Below, one piece after another: positions 26,873-38,595 of a DNA stretch of 64,000 nucleotides; within the stretch, counting starts at the first letter, position 1; each line of letters begins with the position of its first letter. A program made the position numbers and the translations under genes. The DNA is from Octopus vulgaris. Lineage: Eukaryota. The DNA is taken from contig OX597838.1 in assembly GCA_951406725.2 (NCBI GenBank), positions 27,218,001 through 27,282,000 of the forward strand, read 5' to 3'. The notes under the pieces are model-generated. The model searched no databases, was not told where the DNA came from, and saw only the letters and a list, made by a program, of their open reading frames with translations.

Positions 26873-27420
26873 GCTGGTGTGGAACATAAAATGAAATTTT
26901 GTTTTAATTTAGTTCACTATAAAACAGGAAATTTGTATCACAGAACCAGGAATGGTTCTCAGGTGTGCTGCTACCGGGTTAAACCTTTTGTTAGCAAATT
27001 TCTGTTGGAATACATTTAGTTTCTGTTAGTGCTGAAACTAATGAAGAATTTAGTAACATAATAGTCATTATTAAGCTGGTGCTGGAACAGAAATTGGAAT
27101 GAAATTTTGATGGAAGGTTTTGATTTGGATCACTTTAAAACAGGAAATTTGTATCATTAGAACCAGGGATAGTTCTCAGGCAGGCTACTATCGAGAGTAA
27201 ATTCTTTTGTTGCCATATTTCTGTTGAAATACACTGCTTTAGTTTCAGTTAGTTTTAAAAAATATGAAGAATTTATGAAAATAACTTTGTCATTATTAAT
27301 TAAGCTGGTGTTTAGAATACAAGTTGACATGAAATTTTGATGGAAGGCTTTCAGACTACCTTAAAACAGGAAATTTGTATCATAGTCTCAAGGGTGGTCT
27401 GAGTGGGTCGGGAAAGCTGT
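26872..27420. mobile_element. Three adjacent degenerate piggyBac-like MITE segments
   Basis: AAGCTGGTG...GAAATTTT...AAAACAGGAAATTTGTATCA repeated three times; related to the MITEs at 33644 and 44373 in the opposite orientation. Confidence 0.65.
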
Positions 27421-27574
27421 TTAGAATATAACTTTGTAATTTAGAATTAAACATTTAAAAAAATTTTTTTTTTTTTTTTACTGGACTTTCATTGGACTGT
27501 GGTCATGCTTCAGCACTACCTTCAAAAGTTTAGTTGATCAAATTTACCTCAGTTTTTACATTTTAACCCTTTAG

Positions 27575-27818
27575 CATTTACATTATTTACATTTGATGGA
27601 TATTTGTCCTCATCTTTGTTGTTAACACAACGTTTTGGCTGATATACCTTCAAGCCTTCATCAGGTGTCTTGGGGAAATTTTGCACCTGGGTTCTCATTC
27701 CTAAGCATTTTTCAATGTTATTATTATTATTATTATTCAGGTCCCTGCCTGGAATTGAACTCGGAATCTTGGGGTTAGTAGCCTGTGCTCTTAACCATAT
27801 GCTCTTAGCCATATGCCC
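27575..27818 (-). mobile_element. tRNA-headed SINE-like element carrying a hammerhead motif
   Basis: Minus strand: TGGTTAAGAGC...GGCTACTAACCCC...GAGTTCAATTCC (tRNA-like head with B box), (AAT)n linker, then GACAC-CTGATGA-A-GGCTTGA...TCAGCC-AAAA-CGTT-GTGTT. Confidence 0.75.
27624..27669 (-). ncRNA. Minimal type I hammerhead ribozyme motif, this copy probably inactive (GAAA>AAAA)
   Basis: CTGATGA is the complement of 27658-27664; stem II GGCT(T)GA/TCAGCC; G12 lost at 27636 in a CpG context; stem I GACAC/GTGTT. Confidence 0.6.
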
Positions 27819-27911
27819 GTGGGCATAATACCCAATGCTAAATGATGGACCACAAGCTCAAAAGATGTACATATTCACTCCCCACCCAGCGGACCTGTAT
27901 ACATATTTATT

Positions 27912-27945
<34 letters not shown>

Positions 27946-28643
27946 TGTGATTTGCTTTCACATAGTTTTTGCCCACTAAATTCACTCACCTGGGTTATAT
28001 TAGTAGACACCCAAGGTGACACTCAGTGAAATTGAACCCGAAATCCTGTGGTTGCAAGGTAAGCTTCTAAATTACAAAACCATGATGCCTGTGACTTACT
28101 GTTTAGAGTAAAACTTGCTATTTTTGAATAAAACTTGTCCTAATTAAATGTTTAAATGTCTGAGATGAGTTATCGTTAATACGATTATAATTTTTCGGAC
28201 AATTACCTTCATCTTTGGAGATGGAACTTGTAAAATATTGATTTCTGTCATGGGCATGGAGCCACAAATTTTGGCAGCAGGAGTATGGGTGTTCATATTG
28301 ATCTTGATATTTCACAGTACAAATGTTTAAAATCTCTAAAGAGAAGTTTAATAGTTCAGAAAATTTTTTTAAAGAAGTTATCAGTTTGAAGTCTTCAGAC
28401 AAACAAAATTGTGATGATGAAATGATGGTCTGCAGGGAATCTGACCCAACCGATTTGCCATTTTTTTCATTCCATACCTCTTCAGCACAAGCATGGCCCT
28501 GTGGTAAGAAGTTGGCTTCCTAACCACATGGTTTGGGTTCAGTTCCACAGTCCGGCATCTAGGGTGAGTGTCTTTACTATAACCCTGTGCTGACCAAAGA
28601 GTTGTAAGTGGATTTGATTTGCAGAAACTGAAAGAAGCCTGTC

Positions 28644-28684
<41 letters not shown>

Positions 28685-28778
28685 TGTATGTATGTGTATG
28701 TGTACATATATATATATATATATCAGAAATATTAAGTTTCTAAATATCTCATAGAGATATGTACAGTGGTGGAGCAAT

Positions 28779-29087
28779 AGAGTGGTTGTATACTGTCAAC
28801 TTAACTTGACAGTCCTGTAAGGGAATTACACCACCGCTGTTTAGCCCTAGGAAGCATCGACGCTTCCTGTTGGCCTTGACACATTTCCTGTGTCCTTATA
28901 TATTTAGCTTTGTGGGTGTTTGTCTCCCCTTCATAAATATATAAGGTGTTTGTCTCTCCTTCGTAAATATATAAGGACACAGGAAATGTGTCAAAGCCGA
29001 CAGGAAGCGTTGATGCTTCCTAGGGCTAAACAACGGTGGTGTAATTCCCTTACAGGACTGTCACGTTAAGTTGACAGTATACAACCA

Positions 29088-29091
<4 letters not shown>
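28779..29091. repeat. 128-bp inverted repeat (123/128 identical) with a 57-bp spacer
   Basis: Arms 28779-28906 and 28964-29091 compared base by base show 5 mismatches; the spacer contains a ~30-bp direct duplication GGTGTTTGTCTC.CCTTC.TAAATATATAAGG. Confidence 0.97.
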
Positions 29092-29128
<37 letters not shown>

Positions 29129-29714
29129 ATTATCATTTAATGTCAGCTTTTCATGCTGGCATGGGTTATGTGTGGGTGTGTGTTTGTGTGTTACTGTCTC
29201 CTTAAGTTCATGCAGGCAGTGTCCTTTATTTCCAATCTTCTATGAAAGCATGTCTTGTGGGGGGAAATATTACCTTACTTGGAGACAGGAGGTGAGGGTT
29301 GGTAACAGGAAGGGCATCCAGCCATAGAAAATCCACCTCATCAAATTTAGTTTGACCCATGCAAGCATGGAAAAGGGGACATTAAAAGAACAATCAGTTT
29401 TGTGTTTAGATCCTTTCGTTGGGTAATTTTGCCCTTCATCCGAACGGGGTTCAATAAAATATCAGTACCACTAAAATGCTTTTTAGTTCAAATGGTTATA
29501 CTTTTATCTCCTTTCATACACACTTCCTATTGATAATCAATCACTTTCATTTTATAACAAATTATTTTAAAATTCTTTTTAAAGAAATTATTATTCTGAC
29601 CCTCACCTTTTTTGTGTGTTGTATTTTATCCTTTGATGATGTCCTCAGTGCCTTGGGCCCTTGTAGCCAATAAAAGAAAACATTACTATTAATTATTATT
29701 ATTGCTGTTGTTGT

Positions 29715-30310
29715 TTAAGCATTGAGCTGGCTTAAAATGGTTTGTAGCATTTCTTTCAATTCTTATGTTCTGAGACCAGATTCTGTCACGGTCAACTTTG
29801 CTTTTCATTCTTTCAGAGTCGATAAATTAAGTACCAGTAATCGACTAGTCCCCCTCCTCCTCAAATTTCAGGTCTTGTACCTTTAACAGAAAGGATTGGT
29901 GAGCTGGCAGAATCGTTATCACTCTGGGCAAAATGCTTATCAGCATTTTATCCATCTTCACATTCTGTGTTCAAATTCCACTGAGGTCGATTTTGCCTTT
30001 CATCCTTTCTGGGTTGATAAATTAAGTACCAGTGAAACACTGGAGTCAATGCAATTGATTAGTCCCCTCCCCCCAAATTTCAGGTCTTGTGCCTATAATA
30101 GAAAGGATTGTTGTTGTTGTTTAGATAGTGAGTTGGTTCAGTTGTTATCACTTAAGACAAAATGGTTGGCTGCAATTCTTTCAGCTCTTCTGTTCTGAGT
30201 TCAAATTGCTGGGGTCAATAAAATAAACACTAGTTAATTACTGGGATTGATGTGATTGACTTCTTCTTCCCTTCAAAATTACCGGCCTTGTGCCAAAATT
30301 AGAAAGAATT
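29715..30310 (+). mobile_element. Three head-to-tail degenerate SINE A-variant copies
   Basis: Repeated GAGCTGGC...TTCTGAGTTCAAAT...AATTAAGTACCAGT...CTTGTGCC.ATA.TAGAAAGGAT. Confidence 0.75.
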
Positions 30311-30338
30311 ATTATTACTCAAGAGTTATTATTATATA

Positions 30339-30742
30339 GGCGCAGGAGTGGTTGTGTGGTAAGTAGCTTGTTTACCAACCACATGGTTCTGGGTTCAGTC
30401 CCACTGCGTGGCACCTTGGGCAAGTGTCTTCTACTATAGCCTTGGGCCGACCAAAGCCTTGTGAGTAGATTTGGTAGACGGAAACTGAAAGAAGCCTGTC
30501 GTATATATGTATATATGTGTATGTGTGTGTGTGTGTGTTTGTCCCCTTAACATTGCTTGATAACCGATGCTGGTGTGTTTATGTGTCCGTTAGTTAGCGG
30601 TTCGGCAAAAGAGACTGATAGAATAAGTACTGGGCTTACAAAAGAATAAGTCCCGGGGTCGAGTTGCTCGATTAAAGGCGGTGCTCCAGCATGGCCGCAG
30701 TCAAATGACTGAAACAAATAAAAAGAGTAAAAAAGAGAGAGA
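30339..30742 (+). mobile_element. SINE family B, intact
   Basis: Full head GGCGCAGGAGTGG through tail GACTGAAACAAATAAAAAGAG. Confidence 0.92.
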
Positions 30743-30929
30743 GTAATATGCTAATTTAATTAGCAAGGATATCTCAGTTTTCAATATGTGACGCAATGTG
30801 TTTTCCAATCCTGCAGCAAGGAGCTCTTACGGGGAAACAGCTAAACATTTGACTTACCTTTGAAGCTATTTTTAGTTAAAGCTGCTTTATTTTTAGAACA
30901 GGTTAATTAAAGGCTCCGGTTTTATACAG

Positions 30930-30966
<37 letters not shown>

Positions 30967-31759
30967 TGATCATGTTATTGATACGACCACGGTAGACTTA
31001 CTTGGATGCCTTTATCTGTGCTGTTGTTTTTGTGTGTGAACGTATCTAGAACTTTCTCATGCACTACTTTCACACAACGGATGCTCTACTAAACTATAAA
31101 TAGTTTCATTACTCAATGGAATCGTGTGAGTGGTTTCATACACTTGCAACATTTGTGTCAAACATGATCGAATGAGTGATTGATCAATCTATTGATTGGT
31201 TGTAGATGTTTTCTTTTCTATTGTCAACCGTTTTTTTTTTGATGTTTTTTCAAAAAGATATTTTTTCAAATAATATTGAAAATAAAGAATGACAAAATAA
31301 ATACAATAAAATAATTCACTCTTTTTTTTTTCTTGGTAATTTGCCAATAAAAATTATTTTCACATAATTATTATTTTTGTTTTTTTGTTTTTGAATAGTT
31401 AGAAAGAGGTTAGGAACTGCCTTAAAATAAATAAATGCGAAAACGATAGTCTGCAGAAGAGGTAGCGTTTGTGACCTTTGCATATACTCCAAGACTGATG
31501 AGATTGGTGGAGCCGATGTCCAGAATTTGAACATCTGTAGGTTAGTGTTTGGGGGGAAAAAATTTGGGTAGAGAGGGGAGGGAAAGCTTTAGATTGGCTT
31601 CTGTAAAAAAAAAAATTTGGTGGAGAAGGAAATTGTTGAAGTAATAGTTTGGTCTTGAGGAAAAAATATGGGTGAAAGGAATTGATGAAGTTATAGTTCT
31701 GGGAAGAAAAGATTGGTCTAAGTGCTAGCTAGATATCATCATCATTATCAATCCCTGGC

Positions 31760-32265
31760 CATAACTGCCACGAGTCCTAGGATGCATAGGGCTGATTACC
31801 TGATTTCTATTGTGTATAAGTGATTGAGATCTCAACAATTCCCTTGAATGGGACATCAGTCTGTGACAGAGTTACTCATTCACAGCTGAGTGGACTGGAA
31901 TAACATTAAGTGAAGTATTTCATTTTTGGATTTAGTTTGCAAGAATCTTTCTATGAGTTTGTCTGTTGAAGCATATTCTGTTGTGTCTGGGGAGAGTCAT
32001 TTTCTTTTTGTGCCTTATAATGTGACTATTGAGAAAGTTGCAAGATGCAACGAAAATTTTAGGAAAATAAAATAAGAAATAAGTGGAAATTTTACCGGTG
32101 AGTGTGTTACATTTTAAGGTACAAAAAGAGAATGACTCTCCCCAGACACAACAGGTTAAGTGAAGTGTTTTGCTCAAAATCACAATGCACTGCCTGGTCC
32201 AGGAGCTGAAATCATGATTTTGCAATTGTGAGTGCAACACCCTAACCACTGGGCTATGTCTTCAC
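31760..32265 (-). mobile_element. SINE family D interrupted by a PLE-like insert
   Basis: D sequence breaks at TTAAGTGAAGTATTT (~31906-31920) and resumes at TTAAGTGAAGTGTTT (~32156-32170). Confidence 0.7.
31921..32155 (+). mobile_element. Penelope-like terminal fragment with inverted duplication and HHR variant
   Basis: ~49-bp inverted repeat (31978-32026 vs ~32106-32154), flanking ~15-bp duplication, HHR-like fold at 32026-32062. Confidence 0.6.
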
Positions 32266-32310
32266 TGACCCTTTCATTACCTTATTTCCAATGAAATGGA
32301 TAGCGACATG

Positions 32311-32745
32311 TCATCATCATCATTGTTTAACATCCGCTTTCCTTGCTGGCATGGGTTGGATGGTTTGACTGGGGACTGGCAAGCCAGGAGGTCGCACCAG
32401 TCTCCAGTCTGATCTGGCAATGTTTCTACAGCTGGATGCTCTTCCTAATGCCAATCACTCCGAGAGTGTAGTGGGTGCTTTTTATGTTCCGCCAGCACGG
32501 GAGCCAGTCAGGTGGCACTGGTATTGGCCATGTTCGGATGGTGCTTTTTACATGCTACCAGCACAGGAGCCAGTGAGGAGGGGGGTAGCATAGACCACGT
32601 TCGGATGGTGTTTTTATGTGCCACTGGCACAGGGAGCTAGTCAGATGGTACTGGCAACCCACGCAAGAATGGTGCTTATTGCGTGCCACCCGCACGAGAG
32701 CCAGTCAGGCAGCACTGGCATCGGCCACAACGACAATTTCCATTT
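32311..32745 (-). mobile_element. Family C RTE-type 3' end with internal ~60-bp tandem subrepeats
   Basis: (CAT)n tail, then GGTGCTTTTTA..TG..ACC.GCAC.GGAGCCAGT repeated about four times. Confidence 0.85.
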
Positions 32746-33643
32746 GATTGTGTTTTGATTTTTGAATAAAGTTGGAGAAAAAGAAGTATTTTAGGAATTA
32801 GAAAATTAGAAAGAATTATAAACTTTTCATTGTTCCTGTTGATATTAACCCCACCAGAGACCATGATTTTGTGATCATGAGTGCAATACCCTCAGCGCCA
32901 GGCCTAGACACCTTCACATAGCTAGATGGGATCCCTAAAACTGCTCATTGATTGATTTCCATTCTAAGGTGGAAATGAACACCGCTTCTCTCTCTGACAT
33001 GTTTGACTAATTAGCCTAGTAATTATTGATTACCAGCACTTAATTAGTGTAATCAAGAATGTGTAAGTTAATCCCAACAGAATCTGAATTTAGCACACCA
33101 CTCTAATGTTTATAAGTTTTGTACACTTTTCAATTAATCAATCACCTGCCATGAATAATTTATAAATATTAATGGTATCAGTATTTGCTTAAGCGGCAGA
33201 ATTGACCCGCCTGGACTGCATGTTGAGCTTGCTTTATAAATTGTATATGTGTACAAGCGAGTTTATTCTTTAACCCTTTTGATATCAATCTGCCCGAGAC
33301 TGCCCCAGGTTCTTTGACTCGTGGTACAATATCCCCCACCAAAGCAATGTTTTAACCCTTTCATTACCAACCTGGCTGAAACCGGCTTTGGCTCTTTAGA
33401 ACAAATGTCTTGTTTTCATAAGATTTGAATTAAAATGCTAAAGGGTTAAGCAAAATTCATTTCACATTGCCTCAGTCCACTTGGCTGTAAATGAGTTGCA
33501 GCAAAAACAAGGGAGTTAACTGAGTGATGGACCAGTATCTCACTCAGTGGGAAATTTTATAATCCGAGTCCCTTACATACCATAGAGATGGGATCAAACT
33601 CTGGCCTTATGAGTCCTAGGGCTCATGACATACCTTTGCTTAA

Positions 33644-33865
33644 CCCTTTCATCACCAACCCGTCTGAAACCAGCTCTGGCTCTTTAGAACAAATGTCTTG
33701 TTTTCATAAGATTTGAATTAAAATCTTCCACCAAACCTTAGTCACAATTTATGTTCCTAACACTAGCTTAATGATAACTAAGTTATTTTACTTAATTCTT
33801 TGTTATATTTAAAATTAATCGAAAGAAACATAGAGCATCTCAAAATAAATACAGTAACGAAAGGG
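33644..33865. mobile_element. piggyBac-like MITE
   Basis: TTAA|CCCTTTCATCAC ... GTAACGAAAGGG|TTAA; TTAA TSD and CCC termini; closely matches 44373-44590. Confidence 0.88.
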
Positions 33866-34986
33866 TTAAAAGAGTTTACTTTGACACTAAAACCTTCCCT
33901 CATAATTTTATGTAAGAATATTTCGTTATATAAGCAAGGGCAAGACAGCATGTTTAACAAGTTTGCTTCTCAATCACATGGTTTTGGGTTCTGTCCCACT
34001 GCATGGCGGCTTGGGCAAGTGTTTTCTGTTATAACTCTGGGCTGAGCAAAGTGCTGTAAGTGTATTTGGTAAACGGAAACAGAAAGAAGCCTGTTGTGTG
34101 TGTGTTTGTGTATATGGATGTGTCTGGGTTTCAGTCTGTGTCTTCCTCCCTACTACTTGACAACCAGTGTTGGTTTGTTTGTATCCCCATAACTTAGTGG
34201 TTTGGCAAAGGAGACAGATAGAATAACTACTAGATTAAGATTGGATAGGGTTGAAAGGTGCATAAGGAGCATTAGATGATCACTGATGCATGAACTGGGG
34301 GAGGCAAGAAGAGTAGGAGATGACTGACCATGCAGATGAAATATTACTTGTAAAATTATTAAAGGATATGATGTAACTCCCTTGGACATTTGTTTCCACC
34401 TTGTGGTGTTGTAGTTTAGTCCCAGGTGCACATTAGACTACATTATGCAATGCTCCCACCCCCTTTTTTTTTTAACACAATAGGATATGATAGGAATGAG
34501 ATTTAACTGCTTTTTCTAATTCAAACAATAATATAGAGGTTTCCTTGTTTGCTTGCTTGTTTTCATCTTGTGTATTTAGGACTGATTAGTTTTCTGCTCT
34601 CATTTCCTCTCCAAGCTAAACATACATCAAAGATTTGAACTCAACATTATTAACCCAACAAAACACTTGTAAGTTAAACACTGCTGTACCTCGTCTTACT
34701 ACTTATTTACAATTAGCTGGATTGAGCCAGTAAGAGCAGGTGCCCTCATGGGGGTATATGAATCTCAGCCCCAAAGGCTAGTATTGGCCAGCAGTTGAGA
34801 AATTTTTCAGCTGCTTTCATTGAAATTTTTATGCATGGGATGATAATTCTTGAATTCATTTCGATACAACCTTTTCTCAACCACACAAGTGTGGATGTGT
34901 GTTTGAGAAATGTATCTGTGTGTGTTTCTGGTGTACCCTTGTCTTGATGTTGTTTGATGGTTGTAAATGAGCATCACCGTCATACA

Positions 34987-35198
34987 AGCTGGCAGAAACG
35001 TTAGCACGCCGGGCGTAATGCGTAGCCGTATTTCATCTGCTGTTATGTTCTGAGTTCAAATTCTGCTGAGGTCGACTTTGCCTTTTATCCTTTCGGGGTC
35101 GATTAAGTAAGTACCAGTTGCACACTGGGGTTGATGTAATCAGCTTAATCCGTTTGTCTGTCCTTGTTTGTTTGTCCCCTTGTGGGTAGTAAAGAAAT
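34987..35198 (+). mobile_element. SINE family A inserted into a degenerate C-related element
   Basis: AGCTGGCAGAAACGTTAGCACG...GTAGTAAAGAAAT. Confidence 0.85.
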
Positions 35199-35603
35199 GA
35201 GTATTGTTCATTTCTAGTCTAATGTGAAAAACACATCCAGGTATGAGGAAATGTTCCTTTGCTTAGAAACAAGTGAGGTTGGCAATAAGAAGGGCTTCCA
35301 GCTGTTAAAAAAAAAAGTAGGTCTGAAGGTGATGATGTTGATAGTGAGGCTGATGACTTCTACTGAAACATGCTGCAGTGTTTTATTTTGTAACCAGGGG
35401 CAGTTCAGGTGGGTTGGTGTCAAAGGGTTTTAAGGGGCAGCTTTTGATAGTTGTTAGGTCATTCTTACTCCACCCTTTTGTTACCATATTTCTGTTGAGA
35501 CACACTGCCTTTGTTTCTGTTCATTTCGAAAATGATGAAGAATTAGGTAAAATGACTGCCTGTATTAAGCCGAGGAAATTTTAGCGGAAGATTTTAACCT
35601 AGG

Positions 35604-35908
35604 TGACACGTAAAAAGCACCATCCGCTCGTGGCCATTGCCAGCCTCGCTTGGCCCCCGTGCCGGTGGCACGTAAAAAGCACCATCCGATCGTGGCCATT
35701 TGCCAGCCTCGTCTGACACCTGTGCCGGTGGCACGTAAAAAGCACCCACTACACTCACGGAGTGGTTGGCGTTAGGAAGGGCATCCAGCCGTAGAAACAT
35801 TGCCAGATCAGACTGGACCTGGTGCAGCCTTCTGGCTTCCCAGACCCCAGTTGAACCGTCCAACCCATGCTAGCATGGAATGTGGACGCTAAACGATGAT
35901 GATGATGA
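35604..35908 (+). mobile_element. Family C RTE-type 3' end, young copy
   Basis: Subrepeats CACGTAAAAAGCACC x3, GGTTGGCGTTAGGAAGGGCATCCAGC, (GAT)n tail; interrupts a piggyBac-like MITE. Confidence 0.88.
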
Positions 35909-36819
35909 TCACTTTGAAACAAGAAGCTTGTATCACAGAACTAGGGATTGTCATGGGCAGGTTAATATCAAAAGGGTTAATTGATTTATCATTACCATCA
36001 TCATCATCATCAGTTTGATGGTTTGACATGGAGGGAGCTGTCTAGACTCCAGCTGTCTGTTGAAGCATGGTTTCTACTGCCTGATGCCCTTCATAATGCC
36101 AACTGCTTAACAGAGTTTTTTTACATGCCACCGGCATGGGTGGGTTTATGTAGCTCCAGCACTTGAAAGGACTGTGGAAGACAATGATTTTACTTAGCTT
36201 GACGTGTCTTATCAAGTACAGTTAGTTGCCTCATCTCACCGTCTCGTCATTTCCTCAGCGAGGCCCAGCGAAATTAAAAGTAGAAATTAAAAACAAGCAA
36301 ATATGGAAATGAAATTATGTGAAGACAAAGAATTTTTTTTTATTATATTAAGTGGACAGACCGACTACTTAAGCAGAATTGACTTGAAATTGGTTGAAGG
36401 AGGAAATTATGATAAGGAACTCTACAGAAAATTATATTTGGCATTTGATTTAAAAACTCTGTAATAAGGCAATTTCTTGGTTTATTTTAGTATTCTTTTA
36501 TATTATTTTTTTATAATTTATTTATTTTGTATTAAGACAGTTATGTTTGCTGGAATGGAAGTAAATTAGATCTCAAGACTTCTGTTGACGAATGTTAAGT
36601 TCACACGAGAAAAGAAGATAGAACGGAATTTAATTTAGAATCCAAGGAAAAACGCATGAGAAGTAATAATACTGTGTCTTGGATATGCAAGTCACCGTAT
36701 ATTTTGGAATGCTGCAAACTACTGAAGCGTAAACAATAGATTGAATGTGAAAACTGTTCAAATCCTCTTGCCCAATGAAACACAGATACACAGACACACA
36801 TATATCAGCAACATGTGTG

Positions 36820-36915
36820 TATGTATATATATATATGTGTAATAAATAAAATATATGCATACATACAAACATATATGTACGTACCGACATCTACATGTAT
36901 ATATATACATGCATA

Positions 36916-36962
<47 letters not shown>

Positions 36963-37057
36963 CTGTATACATGTATGTATGTCTATATGTATACATGTAT
37001 GTATATACATGTTTGTATCTATATGTATATACATGTATATGTATTTATATGTATGTA

Positions 37058-37090
<33 letters not shown>

Positions 37091-37350
37091 GTATACATGT
37101 ATGTATGTATGTCTATATGTATGTACGTCTATATGTATATATGTATGTATGTCTATATGTATACATGTATGTATGTATGTCTGTCTATACGTATACATGT
37201 ATGTATGTATATACGTATACATGTATGTATATACATGTTTGTATCTATATGTATATACATGTATGTATATACATGTTTGTATCTATATGTATATACATGT
37301 ATATGTATGAATATATATGTATGTGTGTGTGAGTGTGTGTATATATATTT
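36820..37350. repeat. Compound (TA)/(TATG) microsatellite
   Basis: Directly visible. Confidence 0.95.
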
Positions 37351-37690
37351 ATAAAATACCAAAGCTCACAGTGTATATTTCTATTTGTGTATTCAACCAT
37401 TATTACTAGTGAGAGTTAATTTTTTTTTATTTTTGATTTAACCCTTTATCATCTAAACCAGCTATACCAGCCCCAGATATTCTACCTGTTTTAAGTTCAA
37501 ACTGGCCAGTTCTGGCCTCTCACACCTACCCTACAATGTCATTCTAAAAATAAACAGTTTTTGTATCTATTTGCTTCCTTTTTTCTGAGGAAGCAGGATA
37601 TTATGACCATTGCAAGTAGGTGAGATTCTAGCCATGACCACCTTGTCTTTTCTATATCAAGGATTACATTTCCCAATATGTCATCATTTT

Positions 37691-38595
37691 GCTGGCAGAA
37701 TCATTAGCACACCAGGCAAAACATTTAGCAACATTTAGTCTGTCCTTACATTCTGAGTTCAAGTTCTGCTGAAGTCGACTTTGCCTTTCATCCTGTCAGG
37801 GTCAATGAAATAAGTACCAGTTATGCAACTGGGTTTGATGTAATCGACTTGCTGCCCCTCCCCCAAAATTTCAAGCCTTGTACCTATAGTAGAAAGGATC
37901 ATTATTATTATTATTATTATTATTATGACAAAGGTGGCCAGCTGGTAGAAACGTTAGTATTTCGGGCAAAATGCTTAGCAGTATTTCGTCTTTACATTCT
38001 GAGTTCAAATTCTGCCGAAGTCGGCTTTGCCTTTTATCCTTTCAGGGTCGATAAATTAAGTACTAGTTGCATACTGGGGTCAATCCAATCGACTGGCCTC
38101 CTCCCCAAACATTTCGTGCCTTGTGCCTAGAGTAGAAAAGATTATTATTATGACAGTAAGCTAGCAGAATCGTTAGCACGCCAGAGAAATGCTTAGTGGC
38201 ATTTCATCCATCTTTGTGTTCTGAGTTCAAATTCCACTGAGGTCACCTTTGCCTTTTATCCTTTCATGGTCGATAAAGTAAGTACCAGTTGAGTGCTGGT
38301 GTTGATGTGATCAACTTACTCCCTCCTTGAAATTCCTCGCCTTGTGCCAAAATTCGAAACCATTATTGTTATTAATTTTGGCAGCAAGCTGGCAGAATTG
38401 TTAGCATGATGGGCAAAATACTAAGTGGCATTTCTTCTTGTTTTGCGTTCTGAGTTCAAATTCCACTAAGGTCAGCTTTGCTTTTTATCCTCTCAGGGTC
38501 GATGAAGTAAGTACCAGTCATATACTGCGACCGCTGAAATTGACCAGTCCTCTCCTCCTGCTGAAATTTCAGGCCCTGTGGCTTTTGTAGAACGA
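37691..38595 (+). mobile_element. Four head-to-tail SINE A-variant copies separated by (TTA)n-like tails
   Basis: Heads at ~37691, ~37933, ~38155 and ~38380, each with TTCTGAGTTCAA and AAGTAC.AG. Confidence 0.85.

Noticed and set aside
28118-28402. 94-aa non-repetitive ORF
   Set aside because: No recognisable domain and no convincing splice sites; length is expected by chance.
28807-28818. TGACAGTCCTGT matches the substrate strand of the sTRSV hairpin ribozyme
   Set aside because: No AGAA loop-A partner or loop-B motifs (AGAAACA, GUAUAUUAC) nearby; the only complement is the inverted-repeat arm.
31495-31530. Other CTGATGA/CTGAAGA hits (also ~51070, ~58245 and ~63256)
   Set aside because: They lack a properly placed stem II-GAAA or a closing stem I.
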